64,000 nt of DNA, taken from assembly GCA_031285625.1 (NCBI GenBank), contig JAITVV010000035.1, positions 1 to 64,000 on the forward strand, written 5' to 3'. The notes under the pieces are model-generated. The model made no database searches. It was given only the letters and a program-made list of their open reading frames with translations, and was not told the DNA's origin. The stretch comes from Prevotella sp. (GTDB lineage Bacteria > Bacteroidota > Bacteroidia > Bacteroidales > Dysgonomonadaceae). This document shows positions 1 through 9,776 of the stretch, one piece after another; the stretch's first letter is position 1, and each line of letters opens with the position of its first letter. The position numbers and the translations under genes were made by a program.

Positions 1-317
1 TCAAACATGTTTTCGTTTCACGCCGTTCCGTTCCGACGGGTACCCCGTACATGAAGTAAACGGCGCTTAGCTGACGCCTGACAAGAATAACAGGAAAGCC
101 GCAGCCTTGTTGTGGCTCTGCCCTCCTGGCCTCTGTTTCGCAGGCGGGGTACCCAATCCGTAAGCTTAAGGCGTAGAGCAAAATACGGACGTTGTTATAC
201 AGGCATGATGATAAAGCAAAGGATTAATTCGTATTTATTTTGCTCAGCCGTAGCTGCGGTTTTGGGTCGCCGAAAAACGAAGCCTTGATTTTTGTAACTT
301 TTTATCAAGAAAAAGTT
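1..317. repeat. GC-rich structured non-coding element, apparently two convergent copies of one repeat unit (left copy cut by window edge)
   Basis: About 55% GC over 1-180 by hand count in an AT-rich genome; no ORF in the track; long stems (GAGCAAAATA 176-185 / TATTTTGCTC 236-245); GGGTACCCCG 38-47 inverted to CGGGGTACCC 145-154; interleaved stems CTTGAT 284-289/ATCAAG 304-309 and AACTTTTT 296-303/AAAAAGTT 310-317. Confidence 0.6.
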
Positions 318-384
318 GAAAGAAATAGAACATATAATTAATAGAATTATTCTGGTAAATATCCGGTATTGATCGTATTTTAGT

Positions 385-392
385 TAAATTTG
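385..392 (+). promoter_or_regulatory. Bacteroidota sigma-A -7 element (TAAATTTG) for sbcDC
   Basis: Exact TAnnTTTG match ending 48 bp upstream of the sbcD ATG. Confidence 0.55.
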
Positions 393-440
393 TGAGGATT
401 GGAAATCAATTGTCTAATAAATTTAGTTGAATAGATTCAT

Positions 441-1652
441 ATGATTCTTTTACATACCGCCGATTGGCATATCGGACAATATTTCTTTGGCTATGACCGT
501 AAGGACGAGCATATTATCTTTTTCGATTGGCTAAAGAAAACGATTAAGGAACAACAGGCAGATGTTTTGCTTGTCGCAGGTGATATATTTGATAGTCCTA
601 ATCCATCCGCCGAATCGCAAAAGATATATTATCGCTTTTTACGGGAGATAACTACTGATAATCCTAATCTGCAAATAGTGATTACAGCAGGCAATCACGA
701 TTCTGCTGCTCGTTTGGAGGCTCCGAATCCATTACTCGAAGAGATGAATATTCATGTCAAAGGTGTTATTCGTAAGAATTTGGATGGTGAGATAGATTAT
801 CAGAATCTTTTTGTTCCATTAGTCAGGGAAGGAATTGCTGAGGCTTGGTGTATGGCTGTACCATATCTTCGTCAGGGCGATTACCCTAATGCAGAAAGCT
901 ATACCAAAGGTGTAAAAGAAATGTATGATACACTTTATGATGAGCTGCAAAAAAGGAAAGTAGCGGATCTACCCATTATCGTAATGGGGCATTTACATGC
1001 TGCCGGTTCCGAGGTTTCAGAGGGTGATAGATCAGAGCGGACAGTTATAGGTGGTCTGGAATGTATCTCGCCTGATACTTTTAGTAAAAAAGATATTGTT
1101 TATACTGCATTGGGACATTTACATAAAGCCCAGCAGGTAGAAAACAGTGCGAATATGTACTATTCGGGAAGTCCTTTGCCTATGTCTTTTGCTGAAAAGA
1201 ATTACCAACAGGGCATCAATCTCATTGAAGTAAAAAATAATAAGCTTGAACGGATTGATCGTATAGATTTTAAGCCTCCTGTAGAATTAATCAGCTTACC
1301 TAAAGAACCTAAAGTTCTTAATATGGTATTGGCTGAGATAGCTGATTTACCTGATGGCGAAATTACATCTGACTCCCCGTATCTGGAATTAAAAGTATTG
1401 ATTACCGAACCTGAGCCATCGATGCGAAACCAGATAGAAGAGGCATTAAAAGGTAAATCGGTAAGATTGACAAGTGCTGTTCCATACAAGGTCAAACATG
1501 ATAAGGATACTAGGGCAGTTACTTATGAAGAGTTGAGAACAATTAATCCGATGGAAATGGCAGAAGACGTTTTCCTCAATAAATATGGGAATGGAATGCC
1601 TGATACTATGAAATCACTACTTCAAAATGTAATAGAGGAGGCCAGCAGATGA
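441..1652 (+). CDS. sbcD: Exonuclease SbcCD subunit D (Mre11-like metallophosphoesterase)
   Basis: LHTADWHIG, AGDIFD, GNHDS, LGHLH and YSGSP motifs; overlaps sbcC by 4 bp. Confidence 0.95.
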   Translation: MILLHTADWHIGQYFFGYDRKDEHIIFFDWLKKTIKEQQADVLLVAGDIFDSPNPSAESQKIYYRFLREITTDNPNLQIVITAGNHDSAARLEAPNPLLEEMNIHVKGVIRKNLDGEIDYQNLFVPLVREGIAEAWCMAVPYLRQGDYPNAESYTKGVKEMYDTLYDELQKRKVADLPIIVMGHLHAAGSEVSEGDRSERTVIGGLECISPDTFSKKDIVYTALGHLHKAQQVENSANMYYSGSPLPMSFAEKNYQQGINLIEVKNNKLERIDRIDFKPPVELISLPKEPKVLNMVLAEIADLPDGEITSDSPYLELKVLITEPEPSMRNQIEEALKGKSVRLTSAVPYKVKHDKDTRAVTYEELRTINPMEMAEDVFLNKYGNGMPDTMKSLLQNVIEEASR

Positions 1653-4600
1653 AGATATTAGCTATCAGGGGAAAAAACCTGGCATCGCTGGAGGGTGAGT
1701 TCGATATAGATTTTACTACTGCCTCCCTCCGGTCAGCAGGTATATTTGCTATTACAGGGCCTACCGGGGCTGGAAAGTCAACAATATTAGATGCTCTTTG
1801 TCTTGCATTATTTGATGATGCCCCCCGGTTGAATAAGGCGGAACAATTGAAAATAGAAGACGACAATCAAGATAATATAACCTTGAAAGACAGTCGGAAT
1901 ATTTTACGTAAAGGAGCTATTGAAGGGTATGCCGAAGTAGATTTTGTAGCTCTTAATGGTGATAAATACCGTTCCCGCTGGATGGTGCGCCGTGCCAGAA
2001 ACAGAGCAGATGGCGCACTCCAGAGTACTTCAATAAAGTTGGATAATCTTTCTACCTCGTTTGAAGAACAAGGAACTAAGAAAGATCTATTAAATAGGAT
2101 TGCCGAAATTATTGGTTTGACTTTCAATCAATTTACACGTGCTGTACTATTGGCACAAGGTGATTTTGCGACTTTCTTGAAGGCGAAGCAAAATGAGAAG
2201 GCTGAACTTTTGGAAAAACTGACCGGTACAGAAATATATTCGAAAATATCGTCTCTCATTTATGAAAAAACAGGTGTCGCTAAAAATGCTTTAGAAATGC
2301 TTAAACAGCGAATAGCTGATGTCAAATTATTGAATGATGATGAGTTGGACACCTTTATTCTTGAAAAAGAGAAGTTAATTAAGGAAATAGAACCATTAAG
2401 GTATCAGTTATCAGCCATCGAGAAAAAATTAAGATGGATGAAAGACGAAGAGCAGCTGAAAAAAGAAATTACTCAGGCTGACAATGAATTGAAAGCCACT
2501 CAAACGAAAATACAAGAAGCTGCCCCTCGCTACGAGTATATGGCGATGATAGATCTGTCTCAGGAAATACGGGATACCTATCTGGATCTTGAAAGTAGAC
2601 GAAAACAGCAGATAACTTTAACTAACAATCAACAATCGAAAGAAAAAGAACTAAAGTTGGTTCAGGAAAGGTTGGAAAAAACAGAGGCGGATTTAAAAAC
2701 AGCAAAGACGCAATTAGAAGAACTGGAGCAAAAATATACGAACCTTAAACCTGATATAGTTAAGGCGAGGGAACTCGATATACAAATTAGAACAACCCGG
2801 GAAAGAACAGAGCAGGTTAAGAAAGAGTTGGATTTACAGCAGGAATTCCTAAAAACATCTGAGCAAAATATATTAAGTCTGCAAATACAATTAAGGGATA
2901 TTCAACAAAATAAAGCAGTTCTCGAAAAGTGGTTTGAAAGTAATAATCATTATAAAGAGACCGTTTCGCGGATCGACTTGGTTACTACATTGTTTAATAA
3001 CGCCCTGACTTCAAAAAAACAGTATGAAAATGCGACTAAAAGCTTAGAGGCAGGCCAAGCAATGCTCCAAACCCTTACCAAACAGTTGGAACAACAAGAG
3101 GAAGAAGCAGAACGTTTGAATACCTTATTGCCTACCGAAATTATCAATCTTCGTGAAAAACTGGAAGATGGAAAGCCTTGCCCTGTTTGTGGCAGTGTGC
3201 ATCATCCGTTGAGTTCTTTCCGGGAACAAGAGAGTAATATTGATGAGAAAGAATTAGAAACAGCGAAAAATAAAATTGCAGAAACCATTCTTAAAACAAA
3301 AGATAATATAAACGGTACTCAAAAGAATATTATTGAATTTCAGGTACATATCAATAGTTTTCAATCTCAATACGATAGTGTTTATGAAGACCTGAAAGGT
3401 TATTTATCATTTCTTACTGATTGGGAAAATATGTTTGACCAAGGGCTATTGCAAAAGGAATTAGAAAATGTTGCAAGCCGATGGGATAGTAATAAAGTAA
3501 AGTTGGACAGTAATTCTCAACAAATGGAGACTCTTTCTGTCAGGATAGAAGCCGAAAATAAAACTCTGCTAACTATAAAGGAAGAGTTAAAAAAGAAAAC
3601 GGAATTGTTTAATGAATATGCTGGTATCCTTAATCGAAATACGGATGAAAGAGCTTTATTACTGAAAGGTAAGAGTGTTGAAGACATAGAAAACAGATAT
3701 ATTGTATTGAGAGAAGATTATTCGAAAGTGTATGAACAGCAAAGACAGGCAAGGGAGTCTCTGGAATCACAGAAAGCTTCGATAAATGGAACTATAACTC
3801 AGTTAAGAATAGATGCTGAGACCAATTCAGAACAAATAAATAAACTTGTAGTAGACGTTCAGGAGTGGATAAACGGTAACCATCAGATATCGGAAGAAAT
3901 GTTGAAAGACTTAATGTCCAGATCAAGGGAATGGATTAACCAAGAGAAAAATTATTTGACTGAGATTAAGAATCAGGAACTTGTTTTGTCCACTACATTG
4001 AAAGAGAGAAATACCCGTTTGATGAAACATCAGGAATCGGAAGATAAACCAAATGTAGATGAATCTAAAGAGCATCTTGAACTGAAATTCAGCGGAATAG
4101 GAGAGAAACAGGAAACGATAAATAAACGCTTAACCGAAATACAGGTAGCACTCACCACCCACGAACAAGGGAAGGAGAGGATAAAATCTTTTGAAAGTGA
4201 ATTAAGGACAAAAGATGAATTATATACTAACTGGGCAAAGCTTAATGACCTATTAGGTTCAGCTACAGGGAACAAATTTAAGACTATAGCGCAAGGTTAT
4301 ACCCTCGATGTTTTACTGGGATATGCCAATAAGCATCTCGAAGAATTATCGAGACGCTATAAATTAGAAAAAATCCCGAATACACTGGCTTTGCAGGTTA
4401 TAGATAACGATATGCTGGGTGAGGTGCGCACAGTCCACTCCTTATCGGGTGGCGAATCTTTTCTTATATCCTTATCACTGGCTTTAGGATTATCGTCATT
4501 GTCATCTAACCGTATGAAAATTGAGTCTCTGTTTATCGATGAAGGATTCGGCTCTTTGGATATTGATACTTTTAGTGTGGCTATGGATGCTTTGGAGAAT

Positions 4601-4726
4601 CTACAAACACAAGGACGTAAAATTGGGGTAATTTCCCATGTGGAAGAAATGAAAGAACGAATAACGGCTCAAATTCAGGTAATAAAGGCTGCTAATGGAA
4701 GAAGTACGATAAAAGTTGTCGGATAA
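1649..4726 (+). CDS. sbcC: Exonuclease SbcCD subunit C (Rad50-like SMC ATPase)
   Basis: Walker A GPTGAGKST, long coiled coil, CPVC zinc hook, LSGGE signature, Walker B FIDEGFG. Confidence 0.95.
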   Translation: MKILAIRGKNLASLEGEFDIDFTTASLRSAGIFAITGPTGAGKSTILDALCLALFDDAPRLNKAEQLKIEDDNQDNITLKDSRNILRKGAIEGYAEVDFVALNGDKYRSRWMVRRARNRADGALQSTSIKLDNLSTSFEEQGTKKDLLNRIAEIIGLTFNQFTRAVLLAQGDFATFLKAKQNEKAELLEKLTGTEIYSKISSLIYEKTGVAKNALEMLKQRIADVKLLNDDELDTFILEKEKLIKEIEPLRYQLSAIEKKLRWMKDEEQLKKEITQADNELKATQTKIQEAAPRYEYMAMIDLSQEIRDTYLDLESRRKQQITLTNNQQSKEKELKLVQERLEKTEADLKTAKTQLEELEQKYTNLKPDIVKARELDIQIRTTRERTEQVKKELDLQQEFLKTSEQNILSLQIQLRDIQQNKAVLEKWFESNNHYKETVSRIDLVTTLFNNALTSKKQYENATKSLEAGQAMLQTLTKQLEQQEEEAERLNTLLPTEIINLREKLEDGKPCPVCGSVHHPLSSFREQESNIDEKELETAKNKIAETILKTKDNINGTQKNIIEFQVHINSFQSQYDSVYEDLKGYLSFLTDWENMFDQGLLQKELENVASRWDSNKVKLDSNSQQMETLSVRIEAENKTLLTIKEELKKKTELFNEYAGILNRNTDERALLLKGKSVEDIENRYIVLREDYSKVYEQQRQARESLESQKASINGTITQLRIDAETNSEQINKLVVDVQEWINGNHQISEEMLKDLMSRSREWINQEKNYLTEIKNQELVLSTTLKERNTRLMKHQESEDKPNVDESKEHLELKFSGIGEKQETINKRLTEIQVALTTHEQGKERIKSFESELRTKDELYTNWAKLNDLLGSATGNKFKTIAQGYTLDVLLGYANKHLEELSRRYKLEKIPNTLALQVIDNDMLGEVRTVHSLSGGESFLISLSLALGLSSLSSNRMKIESLFIDEGFGSLDIDTFSVAMDALENLQTQGRKIGVISHVEEMKERITAQIQVIKAANGRSTIKVVG

Positions 4727-4812
4727 TATTATTTTTTATGTAAATTGCATCGGATTCATGTATCTATCATGTTTGTTACGCACCACAATTAAAAAACAAA
4801 TAGATACAAATT

Positions 4813-6366
4813 ATGAAATTTTCAAATATTAATCTGCTAAGTTGGCTGCTAATAGTCATACTTTCGTGTAGCTCTTTAGCCTATTGTTCTGATAACAAGA
4901 AGATAAAGAACAAAAAAACTGTTGCTGATAACTCTATTCCCGGTAACTATATTATAAATGTAGAGCCCGAAACACAGAAAATGCTCAGGAATCCTCTTAC
5001 AGGCTGGGTGCTTTATGGGAGTGCCACTGCTAAACCTGACTTTTGGGACAAATATGATAATATAAATGTGCCCTCATTAGGTAAATCAGTGAGAATATCA
5101 GACTATGCTCATACTTTTTATATTCGTATTAGTTGGGCAATACTCAATCCTGCAGAAGATGTATATGGTTGGGATACTGATGAAAAATTAAAATGGATGA
5201 TTGATAACGCCCGGCAACGAGGTATGCGATTAGCTTTTAGGGTGGTTGTAGACAGTCGGGACAAACGACAGGACTTTACTCCCGGGTTTGTAAAGGATGC
5301 CGGTGCTAAAGGATATGAATCCAAATCCGGAAATAGAATGGTTTGGTCTCCCTATCCCGATGATGCGGTTTTCCAGAAAAAATACGAAAAGTTTATAAAG
5401 GCTTTTGCTCAGAAGTTTAACGATCCGGATATCGTAGATTTCATTGATGGTTATGGCTTAGGTAAGTGGGGAGAAGCTCATTCTGTAAGATATGAGAATG
5501 ATTCAAATAGAGAAGCTGTTTTCAAGTGGGTAGTTGATCTGTATTCAAATAATTTTACTAAAATACCTTTAGCTATTAATTATCACCGCCTGGTTGCTAC
5601 TCCAAAAGATTGGGATAAACCTGATCCATATAGTGAAACCTTGTTGGAGTATGCCTTTAATAAAGGATATATTCTTCGGCATGATGCGTTTGGCATGACT
5701 GGTTATTATCAGCAATGGGAAAAGGATCTGGCTTCTAAATGGAAATACATACGCCCTATTATTATGGAGGGAGGATGGGTAACAAAACAACATACTATAG
5801 CGCTCGATCCCCGTGAATATAAATCGATAAAAGATGTGAGAGAAGGGGAATTCTATGATTCGAAAGAAGCTCATGTGAATATGATGGATTTCAGAATCAA
5901 TGAAACAGAATCGTGGTTCGAGGATACTTATCCTCTGGTCGAGGAATTTATTGCAGAAGGAGGATATCGGTTATATCCCGATCAATTGTCTTTACCTAAG
6001 GCTGTGAAAAATGGGACTCAGATAGAAATTACACATCGTTGGAATAATTTAGGATGGGGATATTGTCCTAATAATATACCTCAGTGGAACTATAAGTATA
6101 AAGTGGCTTTTGCTCTGCTCGATAAGCAGACAAAGGACGTAAAGGCAATATATGTAGATGATAATTCTGACCCGTCAAAATGGTTGAAAGGTACTCCGAC
6201 ATCATATACCTTTACTCCATATGTAAAAGATGTTTCCAAAGGAACTTATTTGTGGGCGGTAGCAATTATAGATACGACTAATAATACGAAAGGAATAGAT
6301 ATCTCGGTAAAGGGAGATATTACTTCATCTGGATGGTTTACTTTATTTGAAGCTACAGTAAAATAG
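4813..6366 (+). CDS. DUF4832-type secreted protein (possible lipoprotein), putative glycoside hydrolase-like TIM barrel
   Basis: Hydrophobic N-terminus with Cys (LAYC); LRNPLTGW, W..LNP.E..Y.W, GLGKWGEAH, LRHDAFG, IMEGGW, GYRL and NLGWG motifs; directly upstream of susC. Confidence 0.7.
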   Translation: MKFSNINLLSWLLIVILSCSSLAYCSDNKKIKNKKTVADNSIPGNYIINVEPETQKMLRNPLTGWVLYGSATAKPDFWDKYDNINVPSLGKSVRISDYAHTFYIRISWAILNPAEDVYGWDTDEKLKWMIDNARQRGMRLAFRVVVDSRDKRQDFTPGFVKDAGAKGYESKSGNRMVWSPYPDDAVFQKKYEKFIKAFAQKFNDPDIVDFIDGYGLGKWGEAHSVRYENDSNREAVFKWVVDLYSNNFTKIPLAINYHRLVATPKDWDKPDPYSETLLEYAFNKGYILRHDAFGMTGYYQQWEKDLASKWKYIRPIIMEGGWVTKQHTIALDPREYKSIKDVREGEFYDSKEAHVNMMDFRINETESWFEDTYPLVEEFIAEGGYRLYPDQLSLPKAVKNGTQIEITHRWNNLGWGYCPNNIPQWNYKYKVAFALLDKQTKDVKAIYVDDNSDPSKWLKGTPTSYTFTPYVKDVSKGTYLWAVAIIDTTNNTKGIDISVKGDITSSGWFTLFEATVK

Positions 6367-6386
6367 TTCGAATTTTAATAAACGAT

Positions 6387-6438
6387 AAAAGGATCTTTCA
6401 GCTTTTCCTGTTCTGGGGAAATTTGGAAGATCCTTTTT
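6387..6438 (+). terminator. Intrinsic terminator (possibly bidirectional) after the DUF4832 gene
   Basis: AAAAGGATCTTTCAG...TTGGAAGATCCTTTT stem flanked by A and T runs. Confidence 0.7.
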
Positions 6439-6469
6439 ATATATCTATTCAGGAGCAATTTTTTTCATG

Positions 6470-6537
6470 TCTGTACAGAATAAAACCATTTCTGAACAAA
6501 TGAATACCCTCGTGATTCTTTATTCTCTCTAATTTTA
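6470..6537 (+). promoter_or_regulatory. Candidate HTCS operator (21-bp-period direct repeat) and -7-like box upstream of susC
   Basis: TCTGTACAGAATAAAACCAT (6470) and TCTGAACAAATGAATACCCT (6491), 21 bp apart; TAATTTTA at 6530-6537. Confidence 0.55.
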
Positions 6538-6697
6538 CGCTTAGATATTTGGTGCGCATACATGATTACATACCATGAACATTTTAAGTAACTAAAGCAG
6601 ACCTGAAATCTATTTCATGCTATGCCAGGTTACACAAAACGATTAAATGTAATTAAACTTTTTAATTATTATCACTCATTAATCTTAAATTAAATCT

Positions 6698-9600
6698 ATG
6701 GGCAAATTACAAAAACGAAAAAATGGCTGGAGAAAACTTTGCTGTTTTACTTCTGCAAAGATGTTGGTATTGCTTGTAATTATAGGATTCCAAAATCCTA
6801 TTTCTGCAAAAGATCTCAAGGAGGAAAATACACAGATTACATCTATTCAGCAAAAAGAGACAATCACAGGACGTGTTCTGGATATTAACAACGAACCACT
6901 AATAGGTGTTTCGGTTGTTCTTAAAGGAACTACTAATGGTGTTCTTACAGATGCAGACGGCTCCTTCTTATTAAATGTTCCAAATCTGGAAGGGACATTA
7001 GAAGTGTCATATGTAGGGTTCGTAAAACAAACTATAACAATTAAGGGCCGCGAACCACTTCTCATCATTATGAAGGAAGACCAGCAGATATTGGATGAAG
7101 TTGTTGTGGTTGGATATGGATCACAGCGCAAGAAAGACCTGACCGGAGGGGTTACATCTATAAATGCTGAAAAACTGGAAAGGATACCGGCTACTAATAT
7201 AGCTCAACGCCTCCAGGGGCAGTTGGCAGGTATGAATATTACAGTGGGAACAAAACCGGGAGCAACAGACGAATCTATTCTGATTCGTGGGGAAAAATCC
7301 CTTTCCGGAGGTAACAATCCATTAATCGTTTTAGATGGTGTTCCTTTTAGCGGAAAACTTACAGAAATTGATCAGAATAGTGTGGAAAACATTTCCGTAC
7401 TGAAAGATGCTTCGGCTGCTGCTATTTATGGAGCAAGGGCCGCAAATGGGGTAATCCTTATTACGACCAAAAAGGGTGAAAAAGGACGTACGAGCATACG
7501 CTATAATGGATATGTTGCTGTTCAGACTGCAGAGCGTTTATTCAAAACACAGAACGGAGCGCAAAACGTAGAGTTATTAAAGGAATTCTATCGTGACATG
7601 GGGTATGCTGAATCTTTTTGGTCAGATCCCACCCAGTTTTTACCATCTCTGCCTAAAGAAAACTATCTGGCTGGTAAAGAGTTTGACTGGCAGGATGATT
7701 TGTTCGGTCCGGCTTTCCAGCAAGAACACCAATTAAGTATATCCGGAGCTACAGACAATAGTAGCTATTATGCATCCTTATCTTATACTGGTCAGGATGG
7801 TATAATAAAAGGTACAGATTATAAGAAATATGCTGTAACACTCAATCTATCTCATAAGTTTAATGACTGGCTGACAATCGGCACAAATACTCAACTTATC
7901 CAACGTGATAATGGAGGTGTTTCTCCTAGGGTCGATCAGGCTTTCTATCTGTCTCCTTGGTCAAACCCTTATAACGAGGATGGAACTTACAACCGTTATC
8001 CGATGTATACAACTACTTATTGGGTAAATCCTTATGCAGATTCTGATGGGGTTGTAGACGATATGAACCGTAATATTTTTACATCATGGTATGCTGATAT
8101 TGTACTACCTATAGAAGGTTTAAGTTTTCGTTCCAATTTCGGATATAATTTCAGAACACAGGAATACGGCTCTTATTATGGAAAAACCACATTGAAAGGT
8201 GAAGCTGTAGGAGGTGAGGCTGAAATTAAAAATACAAATTATTCTGATTGGACTTGGGAAAACGTGGTGAAATATGACCGGAATTTTGGATCGCATCATT
8301 TGGATGTAACAGCTATGATGAGTGCGCAGGAAACACGGGATATGCAATCTACCATGAAGGGACAGAACTTCTTGAATGATAACAATGCTTATTTTAATAT
8401 AGATGCAGCCCAGGGACAAAAGACAATAACATCGGATAAGACTGAGACTGCTCTGGCTTCTTACATGGGACGTGTAAATTATAACTATGCAAGCCGGTAC
8501 CTGTTAACCCTTACTGGTCGTTATGATGGTTATTCTGCTTTTGGGAAAAATAATAAATGGGCATTTTTTCCTTCAGTTGCTGTGGGATGGGTTGCTTCAG
8601 ATGAAGAGTTCTTTAAGAATTGGAATATAAAACCGATCGATTACCTCAAGGTAAGACTATCTTATGGTGCCAACGGAAATCAGGGGGTGAAGGCGTATCA
8701 GACACTAACCCAATTGAGTCAGCTGGATTATATTTATGGTGATGGTGGAACTTTTGCCGGTGGCTTGTATAATGGTGTTGAGGTCGGTAATCCTAACCTC
8801 AAGTGGGAAACAACCCATTCTTTTAATGCCGGGCTCGATTTCTCTCTTTTCAAAAACCGTCTTACTGGTAATGTGGAGGTATATTCAGCTACTACCAAAG
8901 ATTTGCTGATGAAGCGTACCGTGCCTATTATGAATGGGTATAAGTCGATGATGGATAATATTGGAAAAACAAATACGAAAGGTTTTGAGATTACACTGAA
9001 CTCGTTGAATATAAAAAATAAAGATTTTGAATGGACAACATCTCTTGTTTTTGCAGGAAACTGGAATAAAATCAAATCTCTTCGTGAAGATGGAAAGGAT
9101 GATATCAGCAACTCATGGTTTATAGGGGAAGGTGTTAAAGTATTCTATGACTACAAAGTCGTAGGCATCTGGCAAAATTCGGAAATTGATGAAGCTGCTA
9201 AGTATGGTGCTATACCGGGAGATGCAAAACTGCAGGATACTAATAATGATGGAAAGATTACCAGTGATGACCGTGTGATTATAGGATCTAAGATACCTGT
9301 TTGGACTGCCGGTCTGACTAATAATTTTACATACAAGAATTTTACATTCTCATTCTTCCTGAATGGTGTATTCGATGTTACCAAAGAAAATGGTATGTTG
9401 AATTTTATAGGCAGACAGTTTGATAAAGGTACCAATTATATTCAGGGGGTTAAATATTGGACACCTGAGAATAATTCAACAGAAGCTACCCGTTTAGGCT
9501 ATAATCCTAAAAACTCTCATAAATTCTACAATGATGCATCTTTTGTACGTCTTCAAAATGTGTCGTTGGCTTATGAATTCCCTAAGAAGATTTCGAGTTC

Positions 9601-9763
9601 ACTTAGTTTAGAGAGATTAAGTATGTACGTAAATGTGAGTAATGTATACACTTTCTCTGGAGTTAATAAATATGGTATCAATCCGGAGCAGAGTGTTATT
9701 GGAGCCCCTTCGAGCTATCCAGTACCTCGTACTTATGTCCTTGGTGTAAATGTTACTTTTTAA
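6698..9763 (+). CDS. SusC/RagA family TonB-dependent outer membrane transporter
   Basis: N-terminal CarboxypepD-like domain, LDEVVVVGYG, VLKDASAAAIYGARAANGVILITTKKG, GNPNLKWETT, C-terminal Phe. Confidence 0.97.
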   Translation: MGKLQKRKNGWRKLCCFTSAKMLVLLVIIGFQNPISAKDLKEENTQITSIQQKETITGRVLDINNEPLIGVSVVLKGTTNGVLTDADGSFLLNVPNLEGTLEVSYVGFVKQTITIKGREPLLIIMKEDQQILDEVVVVGYGSQRKKDLTGGVTSINAEKLERIPATNIAQRLQGQLAGMNITVGTKPGATDESILIRGEKSLSGGNNPLIVLDGVPFSGKLTEIDQNSVENISVLKDASAAAIYGARAANGVILITTKKGEKGRTSIRYNGYVAVQTAERLFKTQNGAQNVELLKEFYRDMGYAESFWSDPTQFLPSLPKENYLAGKEFDWQDDLFGPAFQQEHQLSISGATDNSSYYASLSYTGQDGIIKGTDYKKYAVTLNLSHKFNDWLTIGTNTQLIQRDNGGVSPRVDQAFYLSPWSNPYNEDGTYNRYPMYTTTYWVNPYADSDGVVDDMNRNIFTSWYADIVLPIEGLSFRSNFGYNFRTQEYGSYYGKTTLKGEAVGGEAEIKNTNYSDWTWENVVKYDRNFGSHHLDVTAMMSAQETRDMQSTMKGQNFLNDNNAYFNIDAAQGQKTITSDKTETALASYMGRVNYNYASRYLLTLTGRYDGYSAFGKNNKWAFFPSVAVGWVASDEEFFKNWNIKPIDYLKVRLSYGANGNQGVKAYQTLTQLSQLDYIYGDGGTFAGGLYNGVEVGNPNLKWETTHSFNAGLDFSLFKNRLTGNVEVYSATTKDLLMKRTVPIMNGYKSMMDNIGKTNTKGFEITLNSLNIKNKDFEWTTSLVFAGNWNKIKSLREDGKDDISNSWFIGEGVKVFYDYKVVGIWQNSEIDEAAKYGAIPGDAKLQDTNNDGKITSDDRVIIGSKIPVWTAGLTNNFTYKNFTFSFFLNGVFDVTKENGMLNFIGRQFDKGTNYIQGVKYWTPENNSTEATRLGYNPKNSHKFYNDASFVRLQNVSLAYEFPKKISSSLSLERLSMYVNVSNVYTFSGVNKYGINPEQSVIGAPSSYPVPRTYVLGVNVTF

Positions 9764-9776
9764 ATCTAACAATCAT

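Noticed and set aside
441-4726. sbcDC as an SMC-type defence system (Wadjet/Lamassu)
   Set aside because: Canonical SbcD plus zinc-hook SbcC with no kleisin, effector or other defence genes nearby.
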